Virus record (IMG/VR): IMGVR_UViG_3300009177_000029
Span: 41,064 to 105,063 of that record
DNA from: a virus
Taxonomy: Duplodnaviria > Heunggongvirae > Uroviricota > Caudoviricetes
Length of the DNA stretch: 64,000 nt
Strand: one strand, 5' to 3'
Positions within the stretch are counted from its first letter, which is position 1. Each line of letters begins with the position of its first letter. Positions 57,060 to 62,807 of this stretch are shown here, piece after piece. The notes beneath the pieces were generated by a model. The model worked only from the letters and a program-made list of their open reading frames with translations. It was not told the origin of the DNA and ran no database searches. The translations under genes were made by a program, and so were the position numbers.

Positions 57060-57128
57060 GTTTCCAACTTTCCCGCCGACTTAGTACGACAGCAAGCATC
57101 TCTGACTGCGCGGGTGGAGTTGGCAAAC
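57060..57128 (-). ncRNA. Unclassified bulged long-stem RNA
   Basis: GTTT(G)CCAACT-CCA-CCCGC pairs with GCGGG-AA-AGTTGG-AAAC. Confidence 0.45.
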
Positions 57129-57157
57129 GTCCACAATCAGATAACCTGCTGTGTGAA

Positions 57158-57228
57158 GGTGCAAGTGGGAATCGGACCCACCTGTAACAGTTTTGCAGAC
57201 TGCATCGATCCCAGATCGATATTGCACC
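57158..57228 (-). tRNA. tRNA-Cys(GCA)
   Basis: Cloverleaf; loop CT-GCA-AA. Confidence 0.85.
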
Positions 57229-57230
57229 AG

Positions 57231-57316
57231 ATCCCGAGGGTGGACTTAAACCACCGACCTTTAGGCCAAATGTGTGCACAACAGCCTAACGCTCTATTTC
57301 TCTGAGCTACTCGGAA
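57231..57316 (-). tRNA. tRNA-Asn-like with 19-nt anticodon loop
   Basis: Acceptor, D and T arms intact; TTAGG/CCTAA stem encloses CTGTTGTGCACACATTTGG. Confidence 0.6.
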
Positions 57317-57317
57317 A

Positions 57318-57387
57318 GCGGCTAGCGGGAGTCGAACCCGCGCGTCAAGGTTGGAAGCCTCGCATGCTACCGTAACATCTCAACCGC
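57318..57387 (-). tRNA. tRNA-Gly(TCC)
   Basis: Cloverleaf; loop CT-TCC-AA. Confidence 0.88.
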
Positions 57388-57392
57388 GTAGT

Positions 57393-57462
57393 GCGGGTAC
57401 AGGGAATCGAACCCTGTCCGAATGGCTGGCAACCACTCATACTACCATTATACTTTACCCGC
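57393..57462 (-). tRNA. tRNA-Gly(GCC)
   Basis: Cloverleaf; loop TT-GCC-AG. Confidence 0.88.
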
Positions 57463-57504
57463 ATTGATTTCCCGGTGGGTTTCCTCAGGAATGAGGACCG
57501 GGAA

Positions 57505-57576
57505 TGATCCATCGGAGAATCGAACTCCGGTTCGCAGATTGAAAGCCTGCCGTCCTAACCACTAGACGAATGGACC
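57505..57576 (-). tRNA. tRNA-Glu(TTC)
   Basis: Cloverleaf; loop CT-TTC-AA. Confidence 0.9.
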
Positions 57577-57582
57577 GTTTGA

Positions 57583-57654
57583 TGACCCTACGGGGATTTG
57601 AACCCCGATTCTCAACGTGAGAGGCTGGCGTCCTAGCCATTAGACGATAGGGCC
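57583..57654 (-). tRNA. tRNA-Glu(CTC)
   Basis: Cloverleaf; loop CT-CTC-AC. Confidence 0.85.
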
Positions 57655-57668
57655 GTCTTGATTTCACC

Positions 57669-57697
57669 AGTATGACCTCAGGTGCGGAGGTTGTCAA
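57669..57697 (-). promoter_or_regulatory. Sigma70-type promoter
   Basis: TTGACA-N17-CATACT, 15 nt upstream of tRNA-Glu. Confidence 0.65.
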
Positions 57698-57701
57698 GGA
57701 A

Positions 57702-57927
57702 CTTCTCTATAGCCGCGGTTTTGTCCAAAATCGACTGACAGGGCCGATTTCTGTTTGTACATTCCTCTAGTGGCATCAACCCGGGCGTCAACATCCTGCT
57801 TTCCGACTCTGCCCTGTTTGACTTGCTCCCTCCATGGTACGGACGGCTTTTGGCCTCCCATGTCTAGCAGTGGAGCCGCGAACTTCCTCACATCCCAACA
57901 AGTGGGTTAGTGCGTACAACCGAGAAG
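57702..57927 (-). ncRNA. rnpB: Minimal RNase P RNA (catalytic domain, vestigial S domain, no P18)
   Basis: GAGGAAGTTCGCGG pairs with ACAAAACCGCGGC (P4 with bulged U); P1, P2, P3, P5, P6 pseudoknot, P7, P15-17 with L15 GGU, P19; GAGCAAG and CTAGAGGAATG conserved runs. Confidence 0.85.
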
Positions 57928-57933
57928 AAACCA

Positions 57934-58021
57934 CGGAGAGCAGAGGAATCGCACCCCATACGCTTTTACACGTACCCTCTGTTTAGCAAACAGTGCCGAC
58001 TACTAAGTCGAGTTACTCTCC
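57934..58021 (-). tRNA. tRNA-Ser(GCT)
   Basis: Long variable arm; loop TT-GCT-AA. Confidence 0.82.
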
Positions 58022-58028
58022 AAGAACT

Positions 58029-58616
58029 TCACACTGTAGCAGACTTGGAAGCCTGTGCAAGTTCGATCTTGCGAAGTTCCTTTTGCAGCTTTCCTTGGAT
58101 TTGCTTGGCAAATCGCTTCGTCGTACGGGACACCTTGTCCAAGCGCTTGAGAGCAAGACGCTTCTGTAGGTTACCCATGCGATCGATGAAAAGCTTTCCT
58201 TGAAGATGGTCCAACTCGTGTTGGAATGCCACAGACGTGATTCCAGAGAGCCAACGCTCGGTCACCAGGCCGCCTTCGTCTTGGTAGGTGACACGGACCG
58301 ACTCAGCGCGCTTGAGGCGTTCCAGGACGCCAGGGAAGCTGAGACAGCCCTCATTGGAGTCCACCTGGTCCGTGTGGACTGCCAGAATCTGCGGATTGAT
58401 GCACGTGATGTATTCCTGAGATTTGAAGTCACGAATCACAAACATCGAGTACAATGCACCAATCTGGTTGGCAGCGAGACCCTCAGCGCGAAATGCCTTC
58501 GCCGTATCTCTCAAGTCTGCTGACAACTGCGCGATACCCTCGTCAAAGATTTCAACCGGGTCAGTCTGCTGCTTGAGAATAGGATTCGGATAGTGAAGGA
58601 TTTCTTTGATTGCCAT
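58029..58616 (-). CDS. def: Peptide deformylase
   Basis: GLAANQIG, EGCLS, HELDHL motifs. Confidence 0.95.
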   Translation of the reverse strand: MAIKEILHYPNPILKQQTDPVEIFDEGIAQLSADLRDTAKAFRAEGLAANQIGALYSMFVIRDFKSQEYITCINPQILAVHTDQVDSNEGCLSFPGVLERLKRAESVRVTYQDEGGLVTERWLSGITSVAFQHELDHLQGKLFIDRMGNLQKRLALKRLDKVSRTTKRFAKQIQGKLQKELRKIELAQASKSATV

Positions 58617-58628
58617 GTTGTCTCCTCA

Positions 58629-58712
58629 CGGAAAGCAGTGGAATCGAACCACCACGGGCGAACCGTGCACCTGTTTTCGAGGCAGGGCTGCTCCCAGAGC
58701 AGGTTACTTTCC
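58629..58712 (-). tRNA. tRNA-Ser(CGA)
   Basis: Long variable arm; loop CT-CGA-AA. Confidence 0.85.
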
Positions 58713-58716
58713 AATA

Positions 58717-58801
58717 CGGAGAGCAGTGTACTCGAAACACCTACCCTTGCGGGTATCCGACGCTTTCCAGGCGTGGGTGGCACCTAGCCACTCTACTCTC
58801 C
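58717..58801 (-). tRNA. tRNA-Ser(GGA)
   Basis: Long variable arm; loop CT-GGA-AA. Confidence 0.85.
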
Positions 58802-58900
58802 AAATGGTGACTCACCTTCCGGTGGCCTAGCGCGTCACCAACGCTTGAACTGGACTTTGCAGGATTTGATCACGCCGGCATGTGGCTTTGCCTATCCATT

Positions 58901-58982
58901 CGGAAGAAATAGGAGTCGAACCCGACCTGTTACGGCACCCTGTTTTCAAGACAGGTATGGCACCACTGCCATCTTTTCTTCC
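58901..58982 (-). tRNA. tRNA-Ser(TGA)
   Basis: Long variable arm; loop CT-TGA-AA. Confidence 0.85.
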
Positions 58983-58990
58983 AGGATGTA

Positions 58991-59224
58991 TTATGTAGCA
59001 GACTTCCTTTCGGCACGCAATCGCTTTGTTAGCTTGTAGCGGACAATAGTGCGTGCCAAATGGTCAATCTCAGCCTCAGTCAACTCATGGGAAACATGAG
59101 CGTATTCGCCAAGCATGATCATCTTGATCATGTTCCAGAAAGAGAACCGAGTATACACCTCGATAGATGGAGACTCAGGTTCCTTCCTGTCAATGTAGTG
59201 GTGGTGAAAGCTACTCGTTGTCAT
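58991..59224 (-). CDS. Small hypothetical protein
   Basis: Start trimmed to MTTSSFHHHY, overlapping HNH stop. Confidence 0.5.
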   Translation of the reverse strand: MTTSSFHHHYIDRKEPESPSIEVYTRFSFWNMIKMIMLGEYAHVSHELTEAEIDHLARTIVRYKLTKRLRAERKSAT

Positions 59225-59762
59225 TTTCCAACTCCTGGTTCCAGTAGAGGTAGTCCCTCCAACAGTCAGGAGTGTTTGGAAGGGCAATGATGAGCTTCTG
59301 ACGTGGAGTCCAGTCAGGCTTTACCGGCTTCGAACGCAACACCATCCTTGCCTCAGCCGGAGTTCTGTCTGCCTTCTTACCGTTACACCTGATACAGCAT
59401 GTAGCGATGTTGTCCCAGACAGTCTTTCCGCCCTTGGAACGAGGAATCACGTGGTCATAGGTGAGGTTCTGTGTACCTGGCTTGTCACCACAGTATTGAC
59501 ACGTGTACTTGTCACGTGCAAATACGTTGATGCGTGAGAACTTCACACGATGCTTCTTGCCGTTGACGTACTCAAACAAGCGCACGACAGCGGGACACTT
59601 CATGGTGAGTGACATTGAAGTTAGCTCGAAGTCTTCATATTCCTTCAAGACCTCAACCTTGTCTTCGAACCAGAGGATGACTGCACGCTGCCACGAGATC
59701 ACGCGAAGTGGCTCGTAAGTAGAGTTCAACAGCAAAGTTCTGCGCTCTATGATGCTAGTCAT
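59211..59762 (-). CDS. HNH endonuclease
   Basis: TLLLNSTYEPL, PAVVRL, FSRINVFARDKYTCQYCG, TYDHVIPRSKGG, CCIRCNGKK; start MTSIIERR. Confidence 0.92.
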   Translation of the reverse strand: MTSIIERRTLLLNSTYEPLRVISWQRAVILWFEDKVEVLKEYEDFELTSMSLTMKCPAVVRLFEYVNGKKHRVKFSRINVFARDKYTCQYCGDKPGTQNLTYDHVIPRSKGGKTVWDNIATCCIRCNGKKADRTPAEARMVLRSKPVKPDWTPRQKLIIALPNTPDCWRDYLYWNQELENDNE

Positions 59763-59776
59763 TGGTTCCTCCTCAA

Positions 59777-59860
59777 TGGACCTGGTGGGAGTTGAACCCA
59801 CACGGTATCGCTACCACAACGTTTTAAGTGTCGTCTGTCTGCCTATTCCATCACAAGTCC
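59777..59860 (-). tRNA. tRNA-Leu(TAA)
   Basis: Long variable arm; loop CT-TAA-AA. Confidence 0.85.
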
Positions 59861-59863
59861 TCA

Positions 59864-59952
59864 TGGTGCGTACAGGAATCGAACCCATCTTCCGGTGTTT
59901 ATCAGACGTATCGGTTATAAACCGACCTGTGGCAACCAGCCACCTACGCACC
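59864..59952 (-). tRNA. tRNA-Ile(TAT) with long variable region
   Basis: GTCGG-TT-TAT-AA-CCGAT followed by ~21-nt variable region. Confidence 0.72.
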
Positions 59953-60144
59953 TCAATGTCTATTCAGACCACGCCACACCCAATATGCGATGTGATCCAA
60001 CACTTTTGGGTCAAGTTCGTAATCTTTGCAGTAGTTTAGCACTTCTTCGTCTTCTATCCACTCAAGCATAGACTTCCCGCCGTAGTGTGCCATGTACGCC
60101 CACTCAACTAACTTAGCCCTAGCCCTTGCTTGAGAAGTTTCCAC
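59953..60144 (-). CDS. Small hypothetical protein
   Basis: 63-aa ORF overlapping Pth2-like stop. Confidence 0.45.
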   Translation of the reverse strand: METSQARARAKLVEWAYMAHYGGKSMLEWIEDEEVLNYCKDYELDPKVLDHIAYWVWRGLNRH

Positions 60145-60554
60145 ACTGCCCCTACTCGGTGCTGCCCCGAGCTTCGCGGGTTTAGAAGCCGCTGGCCCTG
60201 CTGATGGCCCATAGAGGCTCGAAGTTCTTTCATCGCTAGCGGCAGATGACGTACCGCTTCCATTGCTTGATCTGTAGCCTCTATTGCGAGGGCTGTCAAG
60301 CTCATACCCATATCCGGCTCGCGGAACAGGGAATGTGCAATGCCGAGAGAGAACAGCTTTCCACTCAGTTCGTTGAGTTCTTTCTCGTCTGCAACAGACA
60401 GGAAACCCAACGTGTTGGATTCAGCATGCCACTCTCGGGCTTGATCTGGATTTTCGAACTTGAACTCAACCAAAGCATGCATGCCTTGCACTGCCTGCGC
60501 ACCCGGAGACAAATCTCGACGAGTTACGACATACAGCTTTTGATTAGTCCGCAT
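60108..60554 (-). CDS. Peptidyl-tRNA hydrolase 2-like protein
   Basis: KLYVVTRRDLSPGAQAVQGMHA...FREPDMG..LTALA. Confidence 0.75.
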   Translation of the reverse strand: MRTNQKLYVVTRRDLSPGAQAVQGMHALVEFKFENPDQAREWHAESNTLGFLSVADEKELNELSGKLFSLGIAHSLFREPDMGMSLTALAIEATDQAMEAVRHLPLAMKELRASMGHQQGQRLLNPRSSGQHRVGAVWKLLKQGLGLS

Positions 60555-60596
60555 GGTAGAAACCTACGCGCCACCAGTTTTTGTCTTTTCCATACA

Positions 60597-60679
60597 TGCC
60601 CACGGCGAGAGTCGAACTCGCACGCCTGTCAAGGCAACGGTTTTTGAGACCGTCATGTCTGCCATTCCATCACACGGGC
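60597..60679 (-). tRNA. tRNA-Leu(CAA)
   Basis: Loop CT-CAA-AA; long variable arm. Confidence 0.9.
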
Positions 60680-60722
60680 GTCACCTGGTAACCAGGTTAT
60701 CTTAGTCGCTTCGAACTAGGAG

Positions 60723-60794
60723 TGCCAATAGGAGGACTCGAACCTCACGAGCAGAGCCTTATGAGAGCCCGCTAAGCAACCTGCTTGTATTGAC
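60723..60794 (-). tRNA. tRNA-Met/Ile2(CAT), atypical D arm
   Basis: Loop CT-CAT-AA; normal T arm. Confidence 0.65.
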
Positions 60795-60796
60795 AT

Positions 60797-60870
60797 TGGG
60801 AGCGGCCCCGGAAGTCGCGTCCGGTTGTGAGAGCTTATGAGACTCCCCTGTCATCTCCAACTGCACCGCT
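60797..60870 (-). tRNA. tRNA-Met(CAT), atypical T loop
   Basis: Loop CT-CAT-AA; T loop CGCGACT; encoded CCA. Confidence 0.65.
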
Positions 60871-60871
60871 A

Positions 60872-60951
60872 TGGGCACGGGGAGAGTCGAACTCCCACGC
60901 TATTCGCGCCAGATTCTTAGTCTGGTGTGTCTGCCATTCCACCACGCGCCC
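60872..60951 (-). tRNA. tRNA-Leu(AAG)
   Basis: CCAGA-CT-AAG-AA-TCTGG; Leu-type D loop and variable arm. Confidence 0.85.
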
Positions 60952-60955
60952 GTTA

Positions 60956-61037
60956 TGCCGAAGAAAGGAGTCGAACCTTCATGTACGAAGTACGGCGGCT
61001 TCTAAGACCGCTGTGTCTGCCATTCCACCACTCCGGC
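60956..61037 (-). tRNA. tRNA-Leu(TAG)
   Basis: Loop CT-TAG-AA; long variable arm. Confidence 0.9.
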
Positions 61038-61043
61038 ATTGTA

Positions 61044-61117
61044 TGCACCACCAGGGTATCGCGCCCTGCATTTGACGGTGTGTAAAACCGTTCTCGTCGC
61101 TTGCTGAGTCGTAGTGC
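61044..61117 (-). tRNA. tRNA-Val(TAC), atypical T loop
   Basis: ACGGT-TT-TAC-AC-ACCGT; T loop CGCGATA. Confidence 0.75.
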
Positions 61118-61141
61118 GTTGAGAATAGGATCTTTGATTAG

Positions 61142-61214
61142 CCTCTTCGGTGAGATTTGAACTCACACCACCCGCCTTAGGAGTGCGGTACACTATCCGT
61201 TATGCTACGAAGAG
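61142..61214 (-). tRNA. tRNA-Arg(CCT)
   Basis: Loop CT-CCT-AA. Confidence 0.88.
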
Positions 61215-61218
61215 ATTA

Positions 61219-61291
61219 CGCTCCTACTAGGATTCGAACCCAGATCGCAGCGCTTAGAAGGCGCGCACACTATCCATTGTGCTATAGAAGC
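61219..61291 (-). tRNA. tRNA-Arg(TCT)
   Basis: Loop CT-TCT-AA. Confidence 0.88.
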
Positions 61292-61296
61292 AGTCA

Positions 61297-61368
61297 CGTA
61301 CCCGGCAGGAATCGAACCCGCATTCGGACGTTCGTAGCGTCAGAGTCTATCCGTTGACGTACAGGTAC
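61297..61368 (-). tRNA. tRNA-Arg(ACG)
   Basis: Loop CT-ACG-AA. Confidence 0.88.
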
Positions 61369-61374
61369 ATTGGT

Positions 61375-61436
61375 GGTGACGAAAGTGATCGTGAAGGTTT
61401 GATCTTGAAATGATGTATTCACGGTCGGCATTCACC
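61375..61436 (-). ncRNA. Handle-family RNA copy A (candidate Y-like RNA)
   Basis: GGTGA-ATGCC-GACCGTGAA-TACATC...TTCACGATC-ACTTTCG-TCACC, followed by ACCA. Confidence 0.7.
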
Positions 61437-61438
61437 GA

Positions 61439-61510
61439 AGCTGGTACAGGAACTTGCATCCTGATCACATCCATACCAAGGAAGTGTGTCTCTATTTACA
61501 CCTTACCAGC
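61439..61510 (-). tRNA. tRNA-Thr(GGT)
   Basis: Loop TT-GGT-AT; T loop TGCAAGT. Confidence 0.82.
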
Positions 61511-61513
61511 GAT

Positions 61514-61596
61514 TGGTCAGTCGGACGGGATTTCCACCCGTAAACTCTATGTTCTAGGCATAGTGTCTTTGCCATTGCCAGTCTCGCGACCGACTA
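61514..61596 (-). tRNA. Atypical tRNA-like gene (TAG loop, C33, enlarged D region)
   Basis: Acceptor TAGTCGG/CCGACTG + A + CCA; CTATG-CCTAGAA-CATAG; T loop TGGAAAT. Confidence 0.5.
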
Positions 61597-61614
61597 ACTT
61601 AGACTACCGGCTGA

Positions 61615-61685
61615 TGGACCGCTAGGGAGTCGAACCCTATCTTTCACGGTGCAAGCGTAACGTATTCCCGTCCTACTCGCGGCCC
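61615..61685 (-). tRNA. tRNA-Ala(TGC)
   Basis: Loop CT-TGC-AC; G3-U70. Confidence 0.88.
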
Positions 61686-61691
61686 ATTGTT

Positions 61692-61719
61692 ATGGTAACA
61701 CACCGTAGTGCGTTGTCAA
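61692..61719 (-). promoter_or_regulatory. Sigma70-type promoter
   Basis: TTGACA-N16(TGn)-TACCAT. Confidence 0.6.
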
Positions 61720-61720
61720 G

Positions 61721-61792
61721 CACGCTAGGAAGGATTCGAACCCTCTTGACGCCGGTTTTGGAGGCCAGCCGCTCTCCCAGGAGCACTAACGT
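61721..61792 (-). tRNA. tRNA-Trp(CCA)
   Basis: Loop CT-CCA-AA. Confidence 0.85.
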
Positions 61793-61793
61793 A

Positions 61794-61894
61794 TGGTCTT
61801 GAGTTTCTACTCCCTCAGAGCCTCCCACCCTCCCTCCTCCGTGTTTTCACACGGGATCAAGTCGGGCAGTCCGAGTATCCCATAGAACCTCAAG
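61794..61894 (-). ncRNA. Unclassified 101-nt RNA with terminal stem, 3' ACCA and G-tracts
   Basis: CTTGAG-G-TTCTA pairs with TAGAA-A-CTCAAG, then ACCA; CCGTGT-GAAA-ACACGG hairpin; GGGAGGGTGGG-N9-GGG. Confidence 0.5.
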
Positions 61895-61957
61895 TTTGAA
61901 GATGATCATGAGCATCTTCGACTCGCATCTGCACGGGTTGGTTACCGTGTACAAGAT

Positions 61958-62061
61958 TGGTGGAGCGTGCCGGATTCTAACCAGCTCTCTACCTTGCCCA
62001 TTGAAGGGCCAGGTTGGGACTTCGCCATACTTAGTATGTGCTTACATTACACCAACGCCCC
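61958..62061 (-). tRNA. tRNA-Ala-like RNA with ~23-nt insertion and expanded anticodon arm
   Basis: GGGGCGT/ACGCTCC-A-CCA (G3-U70); D arm GTGT/GCAC; T arm GCTGG-TTAGAAT-CCGGC. Confidence 0.6.
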
Positions 62062-62073
62062 GAAAACATGTGA

Positions 62074-62148
62074 GGGTGACTAGGGGGAATCGAACCCACC
62101 ACCGCCGGATTCACAGACCGGCATGCGGACCTCTACACTATAGTCACC
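62074..62148 (-). tRNA. tRNA-His(GTG)
   Basis: Loop CT-GTG-AA; 8-bp acceptor. Confidence 0.88.
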
Positions 62149-62154
62149 ATGAAG

Positions 62155-62227
62155 CGCGCCCAAGGAGGATCGAACTCCCCTGGCCTTGATTGACAATCAA
62201 GTGTACTCACCAGAATACTATGAGCGC
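62155..62227 (-). tRNA. tRNA-Asp(GTC)
   Basis: CTTGA-TT-GTC-AA-TCAAG. Confidence 0.88.
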
Positions 62228-62271
62228 ATTGTCCAGAGGCTCTCCGCAGGTTTCCCTGCGTGAGTCTGGTA

Positions 62272-62343
62272 TGGAGCTAGAAAGAGTCGAACTTTCGTAA
62301 CATCGTTATCAGCGATGTGTACTAACCGTTATACGATAGCTCC
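62272..62343 (-). tRNA. tRNA-Ile(GAT)
   Basis: CATCG-CT-GAT-AA-CGATG. Confidence 0.9.
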
Positions 62344-62356
62344 GTTAGAAATCTGA

Positions 62357-62429
62357 TGCCGCCGACTGGACTCGAACCAGCATTTGTGTCCGGTTAAAAG
62401 CCGGGTGCCAACCTTTAGGCGACGACGAC
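62357..62429 (-). tRNA. tRNA-Lys(TTT)
   Basis: Loop CT-TTT-AA. Confidence 0.85.
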
Positions 62430-62434
62430 AGAAA

Positions 62435-62506
62435 TCGGAGTAGGGTGAATCGAACACCCGACATCACCGCCCCAAACGGTGCGACATACCACTTGCCTAT
62501 ACTCCG
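62435..62506 (-). tRNA. tRNA-Pro(TGG)
   Basis: CACCG-TT-TGG-GG-CGGTG. Confidence 0.9.
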
Positions 62507-62507
62507 A

Positions 62508-62582
62508 TGGCAGATTCCCGTGGTCATACTCCACGATCTTTCCCCGTTGTCAGGGATGCTCTGAAACTTGAGCTAGGAACCT
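62508..62582 (-). tRNA. Degenerate tRNA-Val(GAC)-like gene
   Basis: Acceptor, D and T stems pair; anticodon arm misregistered; T loop AGTATGA; encoded CCA. Confidence 0.5.
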
Positions 62583-62588
62583 ATTAGT

Positions 62589-62719
62589 TAGTGACGAGAG
62601 TGACCGAGTTGTTTAGCCTAGCACTGGCAGCCCCGTTTGTTTAGAACTGATGGAGCTTACGGGAGTTGCACCCGCGTCGGATCATATTCAGTGATGTAAA
62701 CCCAATCGAGCATTCACTA
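62589..62719 (-). ncRNA. Handle-family RNA copy B with circularly permuted alanyl-tRNA/tmRNA-like domain (YrlA-like architecture)
   Basis: TAGTGA-ATGCTC-GATTGGGTT-TACATC...GAC-GCGGG-TGCAACT-CCCGT-AAGCTCC-[17-nt loop]-GGGGCTG-D-like hairpin...AACTCGGTC-ACTCTCG-TCACTA. Confidence 0.75.
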
Positions 62720-62802
62720 TGGTTGAGGAAGGAATCGAACCTACTGTTCCCGAAGGAGGCGGTTTTACAGACCGCTGCGCCGACCATTGACGCGTCTCAA
62801 CC
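62720..62802 (-). tRNA. tRNA-Tyr(GTA)
   Basis: GCGGT-CT-GTA-AA-ACCGC; long variable arm. Confidence 0.9.
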
Positions 62803-62807
62803 AGATA

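Noticed and set aside
57694-57891. 65-aa minus-strand ORF in the track
   Set aside because: Lies within the RNase P RNA; no SD or recognisable motif, and the base-pairing signal explains the sequence
58805-58845. SRP (4.5S) RNA
   Set aside because: Has a GGAA tetraloop but lacks the CAGG/AGCA symmetric loop of helix 8
61514-61596. Amber suppressor or tRNA-Pyl (CUA)
   Set aside because: In the 5-bp stem register, positions 34-36 read UAG, not CUA; body unlike tRNA-Pyl
61958-62061. tRNA-Sec
   Set aside because: 7-bp acceptor with G3-U70 and A73, and no long variable arm; not the 8/5 fold with G73
62589-62719. Complete two-piece tmRNA
   Set aside because: Only ~50 nt follow GGGGCTG, leaving no room for pk1. 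Helix 2a has no partner for TATGATCC. The short frame LNNSVTLVTN-TAA-TAG overlaps the handle strand. Kept only as a tRNA-like domain.
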